From Alphaproteobacteria bacterium (GTDB lineage Bacteria > Pseudomonadota > Alphaproteobacteria > M2410): 64,000 nucleotides of DNA. The stretch spans positions 2,874 to 66,873 of the forward strand of contig SBGZ01000088.1 of assembly GCA_006226415.1 (NCBI GenBank), in the 5' to 3' direction. The translations under genes were made by a program, and so were the position numbers. The notes beneath the pieces were generated by a model, which worked only from the letters and a program-made list of their open reading frames with translations, was not told where the DNA came from and searched no databases. Positions 8,996 through 19,544 of this stretch are shown here, one piece after another. How positions within the stretch are numbered: position 1 is the first letter of the stretch; each line of letters starts with the position of its first letter.

Positions 8996-9265
8996 TTAAT
9001 GCTTAGAAAGCCACTCGCGAGCTTGGCGCTGAGCCTCAGCAATCTCAAACTGCGACATTTCCTGAGACAATTGCTGACGCCAGGATTTCGCATCTTCGCT
9101 CCCGCGCAGTGCGGCCAGATTGAACCACTTGTGGGCCTCTACGTAATCCATTTCCACGCCCTGCCCGGTTGAAAAAAGGATCCCAAGATCATAGAGCGCT
9201 TCCCCCGAAGCTTCCTGATCTGCCCGTGCCATTGCCTCTTCTGGTGTTACATCCATCAGTGCCAT
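8996..9265 (-). CDS. Small Sel1-repeat (TPR-like) protein
   Basis: Contains EALYDLGILFSTGQGVEMDYVEAHKWFNLAALRGSEDA, which is a Sel1/SLR repeat signature. An RBS GAGGGAGA lies upstream. Confidence 0.7.
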   Translation of the reverse strand: MALMDVTPEEAMARADQEASGEALYDLGILFSTGQGVEMDYVEAHKWFNLAALRGSEDAKSWRQQLSQEMSQFEIAEAQRQAREWLSKH

Positions 9266-9560
9266 TTTCTGTCTCCCTCGGTCCGCGACATTCCCTTTTC
9301 ACGCGGCCCCAAAACATGGGTTGAACTCAGTTGTCGAGGGAGATGTTGGCGGCTCCTGGTGAATGTTAAGTTAACGGTGAAATTCAGTTTTCCTTAATTA
9401 TTTCAAAGAGTTACTGGATTGTTAACACTTCGAGATTTAGTCGAAACCCAAGGTTTTCCCGGCGCTTTCGCGTCAAAACCGCCATCCGCGATGCTCGTCG
9501 AACATGGGGATATTAAGCCTCTCTTGAGGTCTCTTAATCGCCATTAACAAAAAAAATTCA

Positions 9561-9600
9561 CAAAAAAAGGAGCTCCAGAGAAATTTTCTCCGAAGCTCCC
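9561..9600 (-). terminator. Intrinsic terminator of the GST gene
   Basis: An imperfect long hairpin runs from GGAGCT..GAGAAA-t-TTTCTC..AGCTCC (9569-9599). On the minus strand it is followed by a U-tract (the A-run at 9562-9568). Confidence 0.5.
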
Positions 9601-9636
9601 GAAAAAAGGGAGGCAACTTAAATGGCTTCACAGATC

Positions 9637-10326
9637 TCAGCGGGCTCTCTGTCCAAACAGGATTTTTCGCGCCCTGTCCTGCTCCTGCCGGGTCTGTGGA
9701 CGATTGCGAAGTTCTGCGCCCAGCGCAATCCCGCGCTGAACGGCCGGACGCTCGCCCATGCGCTTGAACCATTTATAGAGATGCGGAAAATCCGCCATGT
9801 CCTGCCCTTGCCTTTTATAAGGTAAGACCCACGGCCAGGCCGCCATGTCGGCTATTGAATAGTCACCGCACAAATACGCCCGTCCCCGCAGCTGTTTGTT
9901 CATGACACCATAAAGGCGGTTGACCTCATTGGTATAGCGCTGCTCGCCATAACGGCTCTTGCCTTTCGCATAGCCTCTGAAATGGTGCGCCTGTCCACAC
10001 ATCGGGCCCAAATTGGCCATTTGCCAGAACAGCCATTGATCAACCTCGGTCCGAGCCCTCAGGTCCTCTGGATAAAATTGCCCGGTCTTTTCTCCAAGGT
10101 ATTGAAGAATGGCGCCAGATTCAAAAATGGCGATCGGCGTGCCGCCTGGTCCATCCGGATCCACAAGCGCCGGCATTCGGTTATTCGGAGCAATTTTGAG
10201 AAACTTGGGGCGAAATTGTTCGCCGAGGCCAATATTGACCCACTTGACCTTATAGGGGACCGCGCACTCCTCAAGCATAATGGAGATCTTCCAGCCATTG
10301 GGTGTGGGCCAGTAGTAGAGGTCCAT
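9637..10326 (-). CDS. Glutathione S-transferase, Nu class (YfcG-like)
   Basis: Similar to YfcG along its full length as I recall it: LYYWPTPNGWKISIMLEE..., FRPKFLKIAPNNRMPALVD, FESGAILQYLGEKTG, WLFWQM..LGPM.GQ.HHF. Confidence 0.85.
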   Translation of the reverse strand: MDLYYWPTPNGWKISIMLEECAVPYKVKWVNIGLGEQFRPKFLKIAPNNRMPALVDPDGPGGTPIAIFESGAILQYLGEKTGQFYPEDLRARTEVDQWLFWQMANLGPMCGQAHHFRGYAKGKSRYGEQRYTNEVNRLYGVMNKQLRGRAYLCGDYSIADMAAWPWVLPYKRQGQDMADFPHLYKWFKRMGERPAVQRGIALGAELRNRPQTRQEQDRARKILFGQRAR

Positions 10327-10330
10327 GGCC

Positions 10331-10376
10331 TCAAAAGAAGAACGGCGCCGTGCGGGTTCCGCAGGCGCCGTTTTCC
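10331..10376 (-). terminator. Hairpin or terminator after the Lys-rich gene, directly abutting the GST RBS
   Basis: The stem is AACGGCGCC (10341-10349) paired with GGCGCCGTT (10364-10372). On the minus strand it is followed by CTTCTTTTGAGGCC and then the ATG of the GST gene. Confidence 0.45.
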
Positions 10377-10403
10377 GTTCACGAAATGAACCAGAGCTAA
10401 GCT

Positions 10404-10754
10404 CTACTTCTTTTTTTTCGCTGCTTTTTTCTTAGTTGTCCGCTTTGCGACCTTTTTCTTTGCGGTCTTTTTCTTGGCTACTTTTTTCTTAGCAACCTTC
10501 TTTTTAGCGGTTTTCTTCTTAGCCGTCTTTTTCTTGGCTACTTTTTTCTTAGCAGCCTTTTTCTTGGCTACCTTCTTTTTAGCAACCTTTTTCTTGGCTA
10601 CCTTTTTCTTAGCAACCTTTTTCTTAGCTACTTTTTTCTTAGCAACCTTTTTCTTGGCTACCTTCTTTTTAGCTACCTTTTTCTTGGCAGCCTTCTTCAC
10701 TTTTTTGACCGCCTTTTTCTTGGTGGCCTTTTTCTTCGTAGTCTTACGAGCCAT
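10404..10754 (-). CDS. Histone H1-like Lys/Ala-rich basic protein
   Basis: ATG at 10754 follows AGAGGGGA. The 116-aa product is almost entirely (A/T/V)KKK(V/A/T) pentapeptide repeats. The 15 extra N-terminal codons of the track ORF are unlikely to be translated. Confidence 0.7.
   Translation of the reverse strand: MARKTTKKKATKKKAVKKVKKAAKKKVAKKKVAKKKVAKKKVAKKKVAKKKVAKKKVAKKKVAKKKAAKKKVAKKKTAKKKTAKKKVAKKKVAKKKTAKKKVAKRTTKKKAAKKKK
10445..10700. repeat. 15-nt-period tandem repeat, in frame inside the Lys-rich gene
   Basis: Units of the form gc(n)acctt(t/c)ttctt(a/g) are reiterated about 17 times. Confidence 0.85.
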
Positions 10755-10848
10755 TTTCGTAAGTCCCCTCTTTAAAGGTTTCGAAACACTGAGAATCAAA
10801 AACTAATTACTGATAAAACCCTTTTGCAAGCCAAAAATTACTAAGAAG

Positions 10849-11349
10849 TTAAAGCCCCTTCATAAAATGGAACTCAATTGTGTCTGAAACATCGTTCAGT
10901 GCTCGGGTTTCTTTCAGTTTCGTGTATCCATTCCGCATGTAGAAGCGATGGGCATCAACGAACAAAACATCGGTCCATAAGTGCAGCTCTTGTACATGTT
11001 TTGCCCGAACGATTCGTTCGATCATCTCCAGCAAATGCTGCGCAAGACCCTCTCTTCGATGATTTTTGTCGACATACAGACGATAAAGTTCTGCACGAAG
11101 AAGGTCCGCCTCCACCACATAAGCGGCGCAAGCCACCACCTCCCCATCGTGTTCGACAACAAAAAAAGAACCGCCCCGCTCCTCAAAAGAGCGACGCGGT
11201 GCTTCCAGATCGGGCAACTCCTCGGCGACGAAGACCACACCTTCGTATTCGGAAAAAATATCAGCTATCAGCCGCTGCAAGCGCGGCCCATCCTTGTCTT
11301 CGGCCTGACGGACAACATACCGCCTTGTCCGACCTTCCAGATTAGCCAT
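10849..11349 (-). CDS. GNAT-family N-acetyltransferase
   Basis: The acetyl-CoA motif region reads [21 protein letters not shown]. The start overlaps the gatB stop by 8 nt. Confidence 0.8.
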   Translation of the reverse strand: MANLEGRTRRYVVRQAEDKDGPRLQRLIADIFSEYEGVVFVAEELPDLEAPRRSFEERGGSFFVVEHDGEVVACAAYVVEADLLRAELYRLYVDKNHRREGLAQHLLEMIERIVRAKHVQELHLWTDVLFVDAHRFYMRNGYTKLKETRALNDVSDTIEFHFMKGL

Positions 11350-12808
11350 CCAATTTCGCTTTGAGGATATCGTTGACAGCTTTCGGATTTGCTTTGCCTT
11401 GGGTCACTTTCATAACCTGACCGACAAACCAGCCGAACATTTTGGGTTTTTCTTTATACTCGGCAACTTTGTCGGGGTTAGCCGCGATAATCTCGTCAAC
11501 AGCAGCTTCAATCGCGCCGGTGTCCGTCACCTGCTTCAAGCCTTTGTCTTCAACAATCTTGGCCGGCTCTTCACCGGTTTCGAACATGATTTCAAAAACC
11601 TGCTTGGCAATCTTGCCCGAGATTGTGTCGTCGCTGATTAGATCCACCAACGCACCGAGCTGAGCCGCACTAATCGGGCTGTCTTCAATGGCAGTGCCGT
11701 TTTTATTGAGCGCGCCAAAAAACTCGCCCGTCACCCAGTTCGCCGCAAGTTTGGCATCGCGCCCTTCCGCAACGGCTTCAAAGAACTCCGCTCGCGATTT
11801 ATCAGAAACAAGAACGGATGCATCATAAGGACTAAGACCCATATCCGCGATAAAGCGGGCCTTTTTGTCATCGGGAAGCTCAGGCAGTCCTGAAGCGATC
11901 TCATCAACCCAGGCTTGATCGAACTCAAGAGGCAAAAGATCCGGGTCCGGGAAATAACGATAATCATGGGCCTCTTCCTTCGACCGCATGGTACGGGTTT
12001 CCCCGTTTCGCGAGTCAAAGAGCCGGGTCTCTTGATTAATCGTTCCGCCCGCTTCGATAATTTCGATTTGCCGCATCGCTTCATAATCGATCGCTTGCTG
12101 CACAAAACGCATCGAGTTGATGTTTTTCATTTCGCAGCGTGTGCCCAGCGGATCCCCAGGGCGCCGGACAGAGACGTTCACGTCCGCCCGCATGGAGCCT
12201 TGCTCCATATTACCATCACAGGTACCGAGATACCGGACAATGGCCCGCACCTTCCGCAGGTAAGCCGCCGCCTGTTCTGACGAGCGAATGTCGGGCTTGG
12301 AGACAATTTCCATAAGCGCGATGCCGGAGCGGTTGAGATCCACATAGGATTTCGAAGGATGCAGGTCATGAATGCTCTTGCCCGCGTCCTGCTCGAGATG
12401 CAACCGCTCAATCCCCACCGTAAAGGAGGTGCCATCGGGCATATCCACGATAACCTCACCTTCACCGACAATCGGATCTTTAAACTGGGAAATCTGATAT
12501 CCCTGCGGCAGGTCCGGATAGAAATAATTCTTGCGGTCGAAAATAGACCTCAAATTGATTTGGGCTTTCAGGCCAAGCCCTGTGCGCACCGCCTGCTCAA
12601 CACAATAGGCATTGATGACAGGCAGCATGCCAGGCATCGCCGCATCGACGAGAGAGACATTGGCATTAGGCTCAGCGCCAAACTCTGTCGAGGCACCTGA
12701 GAAGAGTTTGGCTTTTGACTGAACCTGGGCATGGATTTCCATCCCCACAACCACTTCCCAGTCTCCTGTGACACCTTGCAGCAGATTGCTCTTCGTTGCT
12801 TCGCTCAT
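11342..12808 (-). CDS. gatB: Asp-tRNA(Asn)/Glu-tRNA(Gln) amidotransferase subunit B
   Basis: Contains [15 protein letters not shown], ...[15 protein letters not shown] and a C-terminal YqeY-like tail. I chose the ATG at 12808 ([17 protein letters not shown]). The track ORF starts 21 nt further upstream, at 12829. Confidence 0.93.
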   Translation of the reverse strand: MSEATKSNLLQGVTGDWEVVVGMEIHAQVQSKAKLFSGASTEFGAEPNANVSLVDAAMPGMLPVINAYCVEQAVRTGLGLKAQINLRSIFDRKNYFYPDLPQGYQISQFKDPIVGEGEVIVDMPDGTSFTVGIERLHLEQDAGKSIHDLHPSKSYVDLNRSGIALMEIVSKPDIRSSEQAAAYLRKVRAIVRYLGTCDGNMEQGSMRADVNVSVRRPGDPLGTRCEMKNINSMRFVQQAIDYEAMRQIEIIEAGGTINQETRLFDSRNGETRTMRSKEEAHDYRYFPDPDLLPLEFDQAWVDEIASGLPELPDDKKARFIADMGLSPYDASVLVSDKSRAEFFEAVAEGRDAKLAANWVTGEFFGALNKNGTAIEDSPISAAQLGALVDLISDDTISGKIAKQVFEIMFETGEEPAKIVEDKGLKQVTDTGAIEAAVDEIIAANPDKVAEYKEKPKMFGWFVGQVMKVTQGKANPKAVNDILKAKLDG

Positions 12809-12813
12809 TTTGC

Positions 12814-14292
12814 TTACGCCTTCCACCACTCTTGCGGCGCCGCTATCGGGTCTGCCGCACTTTCGATCACATCCGCAATCTTAAGAACCATTTCCTCGTC
12901 AAAGGGCTTGCCAACCACTTGCAAACCGAGCGGCAGTCCCTGCCCGTCGACCCCTGCCGGAACTGAGATCCCAGGCAGGCCAGCCAGATTGCCTGTGACC
13001 GTAAAGACGTCATTGAGATACATAGAAAGCGGGTCGTCTGATTTTTCACCGGCACCAAAGGCCGCGCTCGGCGCCGTCGGTGTCAAAATCGCATCCACCG
13101 TCTCAAAGACCTTCTTAAAGTCACCCGCGATCAGACTGCGCACTTTTTGCGCCTTCAAATAATAGGCATCGTAATAACCCGCCGACAGCACATAGGTGCC
13201 GATCATGACGCGGCGCTGAACCTCGGCGCCAAACCCGGCCGCACGTGTCTTCTCGTACATGTCGGCAATATCGGTGCCCTCTTCACGCAGCCCATATTTG
13301 ACACCGTCATAGCGCGCCAGATTGGAGGAGGCCTCTGCCGGTGCCACAATGTAATAGGCTGGCAGCGCGTATTTGGTATGCGGCAGACTGACATCAACAA
13401 TCTCAGCGCCAGCCGCCTTCAACCAATTGATACCCTTCTGCCAGAGCGCCTCGATCTCACCCGGCATGCCGTCCAACCGGTATTCTTTCGGAACACCAAT
13501 CTTCAGGCCTCTCACGTCTCCTGTCAGAGACGCTTCGTAATTCGGCACAGGACGATCCACACAGGTGGAATCTTTCGGGTCAAAGCCCGCCATGGAGCCG
13601 AGCATAATGGCCGCGTCCCGAACAGTGCGAGTCATTGGCCCGGCCTGGTCGAGTGAAGAAGCAAAGGCCACAATACCCCAGCGCGAGCAGCGCCCATAAG
13701 TCGGCTTGATCCCGACAATGCCGGTAAAGGACGCTGGCTGACGAATGGACCCGCCTGTATCGGTACCAGTTGCGCCCAGCGCCAAGCGGGCCGCCACAGC
13801 GGCGGAGGACCCACCAGACGAGCCACCCGGCACCAAAGGGGTCTCATCCCCTGGCCGACGATAAGGATTGACAACATTGCCAAAGAAGCTCGTCTCATTG
13901 GACGACCCCATGGCAAATTCATCCAAATTGGTCTTGCCCAGCATAACCGCGCCATCGCGCCAGAGATTGGCGGAGACGGTGGATTCATACTGCGGCACAA
14001 AGCCTTCCAGAATGTGGCTGGAGGCCGTTGTCTGAACACCCTCGGTGCAGAACAGGTCCTTAATCGCAACCGGCAACCCTTCCATCGGGCCAGCTTGACC
14101 CGATTGAAGTCTTTCATCGCTCTGCTTAGCCTGCTCAAGCGCTCTCTCAGCCGTTTCCGTGACAAAGCAGTTCAGGGCACGGGCAGACTCTATGGCCTCC
14201 ACATGCGCTTGTGTGAGCTCCACAGAGGTAAATTCTTTAGCCTTAAGCCCGTCCCGGGCTTCGGCCATCGTCAGTTTGGTCAGTTCCGTCAT
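12814..14292 (-). CDS. gatA: Glu-tRNA(Gln) amidotransferase subunit A
   Basis: Carries the amidase signature [13 protein letters not shown]...[11 protein letters not shown], and sits between gatC and gatB. Confidence 0.95.
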   Translation of the reverse strand: MTELTKLTMAEARDGLKAKEFTSVELTQAHVEAIESARALNCFVTETAERALEQAKQSDERLQSGQAGPMEGLPVAIKDLFCTEGVQTTASSHILEGFVPQYESTVSANLWRDGAVMLGKTNLDEFAMGSSNETSFFGNVVNPYRRPGDETPLVPGGSSGGSSAAVAARLALGATGTDTGGSIRQPASFTGIVGIKPTYGRCSRWGIVAFASSLDQAGPMTRTVRDAAIMLGSMAGFDPKDSTCVDRPVPNYEASLTGDVRGLKIGVPKEYRLDGMPGEIEALWQKGINWLKAAGAEIVDVSLPHTKYALPAYYIVAPAEASSNLARYDGVKYGLREEGTDIADMYEKTRAAGFGAEVQRRVMIGTYVLSAGYYDAYYLKAQKVRSLIAGDFKKVFETVDAILTPTAPSAAFGAGEKSDDPLSMYLNDVFTVTGNLAGLPGISVPAGVDGQGLPLGLQVVGKPFDEEMVLKIADVIESAADPIAAPQEWWKA

Positions 14293-14297
14293 CGCGC

Positions 14298-14585
14298 TTA
14301 CTCCACAACCTTGGGCACAGTGAAGAAACCGTCGTCCCCATCTGGCGCATTTTTGGTCACACGCTCGGGATAGCCGCCATCGGTGACCTCATCCTGTCGC
14401 CACCGCAATTGGGTATCGACCACACGGGTCATAGGCTCAACACCCTCCGTATTGACCTCGCCAAGCTGCTCCACCCAATCCAGGATGGTATTCAGCTCGC
14501 CTGTCATCGGCTCAAGAGCTTCTTCTTTCACTGCAATACGCGCCAAATGCGCAATACGGCGTACAGTTTCCGTATCGACTGACAT
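14298..14585 (-). CDS. gatC: Glu-tRNA(Gln) amidotransferase subunit C
   Basis: [19 protein letters not shown] is a typical GatC N-terminus. ATG at 14585 has an AAGGA RBS. Confidence 0.9.
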   Translation of the reverse strand: MSVDTETVRRIAHLARIAVKEEALEPMTGELNTILDWVEQLGEVNTEGVEPMTRVVDTQLRWRQDEVTDGGYPERVTKNAPDGDDGFFTVPKVVE

Positions 14586-14746
14586 GGACTGTCCTTTTTG
14601 TCTCATGGGGTTCAATCAGAGCGCTATCGAGTAGCAATTGCGAGCCACCGGCGCAAGACTTTCCAGCCCGTTTGACAGGTACCAAGGGGAAGCCTAAAAC
14701 GGCTCAAAACGCCTTTTAGGGGCTATTTTAAGAGGGAATACCATCC

Positions 14747-15124
14747 TTGTCGCTCAAGCCCTATGCCATCGATCATGTCCAGGTCACGGTTCCAGCGGTC
14801 CTGGAGGCGGTTTCCATTGCGTTTTACGAGGGGGTCCTCGGCCTCTCCCGAATTGAAAAGCCTGAACCCCTGCGCGCCCGGGGCGGCGCCTGGTTTCAAC
14901 TAGCAGACACGCAGGTCCACCTCTCGATTGAACCAGATCCCCAAGCGTCTCAGTCCAAACGACATATCTGCTATCTCGTTCACGATCTCGCGGCCGCGCG
15001 GACGGTCATGGCCGAAAACGACCTCGAGATCGAGGATGAAGGAACCGAGCCAAATGGGTTAAAACGCTTCTTTATTCGCGATCCTGCGAGAAATAAGATC
15101 GAAATCGCAGAGCGCCCCGCATGA
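14747..15124 (+). CDS. VOC (glyoxalase/bleomycin-resistance/dioxygenase) family protein
   Basis: Has IDHVQVTVP...HLSIE...HICYLV...[13 protein letters not shown], the pattern of paired beta-alpha-beta-beta-beta modules. The start codon is TTG. Confidence 0.75.
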   Translation: MSLKPYAIDHVQVTVPAVLEAVSIAFYEGVLGLSRIEKPEPLRARGGAWFQLADTQVHLSIEPDPQASQSKRHICYLVHDLAAARTVMAENDLEIEDEGTEPNGLKRFFIRDPARNKIEIAERPA

Positions 15125-15600
15125 TCTTTGAAGACATAGAACAATTTGTCGGGGCCTTGCCTGCTTACGGCGCCCTGATTGGGCTGGATCTGGGAACGAA
15201 GACTATCGGCCTGGCGCTTTCCGACACCAGCCGCCTGATCGCCTCTCCTGACGTCACCCTGAAGAAGGCAAAACTCTCGACTGACCTGGAGAACCTGAAA
15301 AAAACCATCACAGCTCATGAAGTGGCAGGAATTGTCCTCGGCCTTCCCCGCAATATGGATGGCAGTGAAGGCCCACGCGCGCAATCCACCAGAGCCTTTG
15401 CCCGCAACATAGATGGGCCACTTGGTCTGCCAATCCTGCTTTGGGATGAGCGTCTTTCAACGGCCGCCGTCACCCGCACACTGCTGGATGCAGATGCCAG
15501 CCGCAAGCGCCGCGCCGAAGTCGTCGATAAAATGGCCGCCGCCTATATTTTGCAGGGAGCCCTGGACCGCATGAAGCATATGAAGGCCGATCGTCTATGA
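15121..15600 (+). CDS. ruvX: Holliday-junction resolvase-like nuclease RuvX (YqgF)
   Basis: Contains [16 protein letters not shown]...[12 protein letters not shown]...DERLST. Its start overlaps the upstream stop as ATGA. Confidence 0.85.
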   Translation: MIFEDIEQFVGALPAYGALIGLDLGTKTIGLALSDTSRLIASPDVTLKKAKLSTDLENLKKTITAHEVAGIVLGLPRNMDGSEGPRAQSTRAFARNIDGPLGLPILLWDERLSTAAVTRTLLDADASRKRRAEVVDKMAAAYILQGALDRMKHMKADRL

Positions 15601-16523
15601 GCGCCGCATTTGAGGCTTTGCTGCCCATCTTTCTTGTCATCCTGGCTGGTTACGGACTGAGGGTCATCAAGTTTACGACCGAAGAGGCCTGGCGCCTCGT
15701 TGAGCGGATCGTTTATTTCGTCCTCTTCCCCGCTTTGATCTTGAATACTTTGGCCCTGGCCGATCTGGCCAGCTTGCAAATTCTGCCAATGGCCGGGGCG
15801 CTCCTGAGCGCCCTAATGGTCGCGGCCTTTGTCCTGACTGTCATGCGCCGCACGGTTGGAGGCACGATCGGCCTCACCGGCCCGGCCTATTCCAGCGTGT
15901 TCCAGGGCAGCTTGCGCTGGAACGGTTTTGTCGCCCTGGCCTCTGTCGGCGCAATCTTTGGCGCGGATGGTGTTACCGCCGCGGCACTCGCCATTGCGGT
16001 CCTTGTACCGACCGTCAATGTGCTCAGTGTCCTCATTTTATCCCGCCACGCCGCCGACCAGCCCTCCGACGCGGCCCGCATTCTAAAGCTTCTCTCCCGC
16101 AATCCGCTCATTCTCGCCTGCCTTGTTGGGCTCGGGCTCAATTTCTCCGGCATTCATTTGCCCGGCCCGCTCCAGCCCACCACAGACCTTTTGGGCCGCG
16201 CCGCCCTCACCCTCGGCCTTCTCAGCGTTGGCGCCGGTCTCGATATACGCTCTGCCATGGGCACCAAAACCCTTGTCGTCATTGCCTGCAGCCTCAAACT
16301 CCTCGTCATTCCGATCATGGTCGCTCTCTTTTGCCAGCTTTACGGTGTCGAGGGCCTGACCCGGCAGGTCGCCATCATGTGCGGCGCCGTCCCTACGGCC
16401 TCCTCATCCTATGTGCTCGCCCGCCAGCTTGGCGGTGACCACACACTCATGGCCGCGATTATCACCGTTTCGACACTCATCGCGCTGATCTCACTGCCCT
16501 TGACGATCGCCTGGGTTTCCTAG
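15597..16523 (+). CDS. AEC-family (auxin efflux carrier-like) transporter
   Basis: About ten TM segments in a 308-aa product of the usual size. Its start overlaps the ruvX stop as ATGA. Confidence 0.8.
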   Translation: MSAAFEALLPIFLVILAGYGLRVIKFTTEEAWRLVERIVYFVLFPALILNTLALADLASLQILPMAGALLSALMVAAFVLTVMRRTVGGTIGLTGPAYSSVFQGSLRWNGFVALASVGAIFGADGVTAAALAIAVLVPTVNVLSVLILSRHAADQPSDAARILKLLSRNPLILACLVGLGLNFSGIHLPGPLQPTTDLLGRAALTLGLLSVGAGLDIRSAMGTKTLVVIACSLKLLVIPIMVALFCQLYGVEGLTRQVAIMCGAVPTASSSYVLARQLGGDHTLMAAIITVSTLIALISLPLTIAWVS

Positions 16524-16576
16524 CATCGGTTTACCCCTTGTGATTGGCCCGAAGAGGCCCTATAAGCCTCGCTTTA

Positions 16577-17569
16577 ATGACATCGCAAACTGACACCCCC
16601 TCAGACCGAACCCAAATCGGTGCTGACGCCTTCCCGCACAGGCATCTTTTGGGCATTCAGGGTCTGACCCCGCCTCAGATTGAGCACCTGCTTGATCTGG
16701 CCGAAACCTATGTTGATCTCAGCCGCCAGGTTGAGAAAAAGACATCCCTCTTGAAGGGTCGCACCCTCATCAACCTCTTCTTTGAAGCCTCGACCCGCAC
16801 CCAAGCGAGCTTTGAACTGGCTGGCAAACGGCTCGGCGCCGACACCATGAACATGTCGGTCAAAACCTCATCGGTCAGTAAAGGTGAAACCCTGATCGAC
16901 ACCGCCGTAACACTCAACGCCATGCGGCCGGACATCCTGATTGTCCGGCACGCTTCTTCCGGCGCTGTCGACCTCCTGGCGCAAAAAGTTGATTGCGCGG
17001 TGGTCAACGCCGGTGACGGTCAAAATGAACATCCCACACAGGCTCTGCTCGATGCCCTCACCATTCGCCGCCGCTTTGGAAAGATCGCTGGCCTGACCGT
17101 GGCCATTTGCGGCGATATCCTGCACAGCCGCGTGGCCCGCTCCAACCTTTACCTCCTGAACGCCATGGGCGCGCGCGTACGTCTGGTCGCGCCGCCCACC
17201 CTTTTGCCGCCCCAGGCCCACCGCCTGGGCGCCGAGGTTTTCCACGACATGCGCGAGGGGATCAAAGGCTGCGATATCGTCATGATGCTCCGCCTCCAAA
17301 ATGAACGCATGAATGGTTCTTTCCTGCCGTCGACACGCGAGTACTTCCACCTCTATGGCCTCGACCTTGAAAAGCTCGACAGCGCCAAAGAGGATGCCGT
17401 CGTCATGCACCCGGGACCGATGAACCGGGGAGTTGAAATCGACAGCGCCGTCGCGGATCACCCCACTCGCTCCCTCATTCAAGAGCAGGTCGAGATGGGC
17501 GTGGCGGTGCGCATGGCCGTGCTGGATACACTTTCCAGGCGGCTCGACAATGGGGGGCCGCGCCAATGA
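16577..17569 (+). CDS. pyrB: Aspartate carbamoyltransferase catalytic subunit
   Basis: Contains [21 protein letters not shown] and [12 protein letters not shown] chose the ATG at 16577 (MTSQTD). Confidence 0.9.
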   Translation: MTSQTDTPSDRTQIGADAFPHRHLLGIQGLTPPQIEHLLDLAETYVDLSRQVEKKTSLLKGRTLINLFFEASTRTQASFELAGKRLGADTMNMSVKTSSVSKGETLIDTAVTLNAMRPDILIVRHASSGAVDLLAQKVDCAVVNAGDGQNEHPTQALLDALTIRRRFGKIAGLTVAICGDILHSRVARSNLYLLNAMGARVRLVAPPTLLPPQAHRLGAEVFHDMREGIKGCDIVMMLRLQNERMNGSFLPSTREYFHLYGLDLEKLDSAKEDAVVMHPGPMNRGVEIDSAVADHPTRSLIQEQVEMGVAVRMAVLDTLSRRLDNGGPRQ

Positions 17570-18846
17570 CCCAAGCCACCGCGTTTTTCAATGCCCGGTT
17601 GGTTGATCCGGCATCAGACTATGACGGTCCCGGCGGGCTCATTTGCCAGAACGGCTTCATCTCCGACGCCGGTGCTCATCTCGCAAAGGCGCCTTCCGGC
17701 GACTACGAGCTGGTCGACTGCCAAGGCCATGTTCTCGCGCCCGGTCTCATCGACATGCGGGTCTTTGTCGGCGAGCCCGGAAGTGAACACAAAGAAACTC
17801 TCAAATCTGCAAGTGAATCCGCCGCCGCCGGTGGCGTGACCACGCTTATCGTCATGCCTGACACAGATCCGGTAATCGACGAGGCCGCACTTGTTGATTT
17901 TATCGAGCGCCGCGCGCGCGACACGGCCATTGTCAATGTGCATCCCATGGGCGCCCTCACCATGGGCATGAAGGGCGAAGCCATGACTGAAATGGCTCTG
18001 TTGAAAGAAGCAGGCGCCGTCGCGTTCACTGATCCGCGCCGATCCATCATGAATGCTCAGATCATGCGCCGCCTGTTAGAATATGCCTCTGGCATCGGGG
18101 CTCTCATTGTCCTGCACACGGAAGATCCAAATCTCGCCGGCCCGGGCTGCATGAACGAAGGAGAACTCTCCGCGCGTCTTGGCCTGATCGGTATTCCAGG
18201 TGAAGCGGAAACGCTTTTGGTGCGCCGCGATCTTACCCTTCTGGACCTGACACAAACCACGGGACATTTTTCACAAATTTCCTGTGCCGCCTCTTTGTCC
18301 GTCATTGCCGATGCTAAGGCAAAAAATGTGCCGGTAACTTGCGCCGTCTCAGCGCAGCACCTGGCCCTTAACGAAAACGATATTGCCACTTATCGCACCT
18401 TCTTCAAAACCCAGCCGCCCCTGCGATCAGAAGACGACCGCCTGGCGATGATCGAAGGGCTCAGAGATGGAACCATCGATGTCGTCACGTCCTCCCATGA
18501 TCCACAGGGTCCGGAAGACAAGCGCCTCCCCTTTGCCGAGGCGGCCTTCGGCGCGGTGGGCCTGCAAACTCTTTTGCCGGTCCTTTTAGAACTGGTCCAC
18601 AACGACCATATCTCCCTCTTACAGGTCCTCAGAGCTGTCACACAGCGACCGGCCGAAATCCTCAAGCTGGAGGCCGGACGCCTTACAAAGGGCGCGCCAG
18701 CCGATATAATCCTGATCGACCTTAACACCCCTTACAAATTTGATGCTGAGACGCTAAAATCCAAAGCAAAGAACAGTCCCTATGATGGCCGACTGTTCCA
18801 GGGCAAAGCCATCGGCACTTATGTCGCTGGCAAACGTGTTGCATAG
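17566..18846 (+). CDS. Dihydroorotase-like protein (PyrC' type, predicted non-catalytic)
   Basis: Type I DHOase fold along its full length, but the DxHxH metal motif reads DMRVF and the TDHAPH motif reads SSHDPQ. Its start overlaps the pyrB stop as ATGA. Confidence 0.85.
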   Translation: MTQATAFFNARLVDPASDYDGPGGLICQNGFISDAGAHLAKAPSGDYELVDCQGHVLAPGLIDMRVFVGEPGSEHKETLKSASESAAAGGVTTLIVMPDTDPVIDEAALVDFIERRARDTAIVNVHPMGALTMGMKGEAMTEMALLKEAGAVAFTDPRRSIMNAQIMRRLLEYASGIGALIVLHTEDPNLAGPGCMNEGELSARLGLIGIPGEAETLLVRRDLTLLDLTQTTGHFSQISCAASLSVIADAKAKNVPVTCAVSAQHLALNENDIATYRTFFKTQPPLRSEDDRLAMIEGLRDGTIDVVTSSHDPQGPEDKRLPFAEAAFGAVGLQTLLPVLLELVHNDHISLLQVLRAVTQRPAEILKLEAGRLTKGAPADIILIDLNTPYKFDAETLKSKAKNSPYDGRLFQGKAIGTYVAGKRVA

Positions 18847-18882
18847 GTCTCAGCGACTGCCAGGACATCAAAGGAGAAATTC

Positions 18883-19476
18883 TTGAGCCTCTTCACCATC
18901 ATTATCGCAAGTGTTGGCGGATACCTGCTTGGTTCAATCCCCTTCGGCCTCCTCCTCACCAAATGGGCCGGCATGGGCGACATCCGGGAAGTGGGCTCGG
19001 GCAACATTGGCGCCACAAATGTCCTGAGGACCGGCAACAAAAAAATCGCTGTCGCAACACTACTTTTCGACATGGCCAAGGGACTGCTCGCTGTCATCAT
19101 TTTCGGTTCTATATTTGTGAGTACCCATGCCGCCGTCATCGCCGGGCTTGCCGCTTTCATCGGTCACTGCTATCCGGTCTGGCTTGAATTTAAAGGCGGC
19201 AAAGGGGTCGCCACCTATTTCGGCATCACATTCGCCTACAGCCCCGCCATTGGGGTCATTGCCGGTGTTATCTGGCTCACATCAGCCTTTCTGTCCCGCT
19301 ACTCTTCCCTTTCCGCCCTCATTACCGTCACCTTGACACCCCTTGCTTTTTTAGTCTTCGGCATGCCCATCCATTTCTTCGCCATGGCCCTCATCGGCGC
19401 TCTGATTTTCTGGCGACACAAAGAAAATATCGAACGGCTGCGTCAGGGCACCGAGAGCAAAATCGGACAGAAATAA
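18883..19476 (+). CDS. plsY: Glycerol-3-phosphate acyltransferase PlsY
   Basis: Contains GYLLGSIPFGLLL...GSGNIGATNVLRTG...FKGGKGVAT. Confidence 0.9.
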   Translation: MSLFTIIIASVGGYLLGSIPFGLLLTKWAGMGDIREVGSGNIGATNVLRTGNKKIAVATLLFDMAKGLLAVIIFGSIFVSTHAAVIAGLAAFIGHCYPVWLEFKGGKGVATYFGITFAYSPAIGVIAGVIWLTSAFLSRYSSLSALITVTLTPLAFLVFGMPIHFFAMALIGALIFWRHKENIERLRQGTESKIGQK

Positions 19477-19544
19477 ACCCTAGCGTTTTGTTTGAGATAC
19501 AACCATCCTTTTGCGTGTGTTTCGACACGTGAAGGGAACCATTC

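Noticed and set aside
10445-10700. A regular short repeat array that might be mistaken for a CRISPR or a non-coding satellite.
   Set aside because: The period is 15 nt with no unique spacers. The array is in frame within an ORF that has an RBS and a terminator, so it is a coding low-complexity repeat.
10474-10806. A 110-aa plus-strand ORF consisting of FFLATFFLA repeats. The analogous minus-strand ORFs at 23586..23902 lie inside the topA tail.
   Set aside because: These are mirror-image translations of the AKKK-type repeats. The Lys-rich frame has the RBS and, for topA, continuity with the enzyme.
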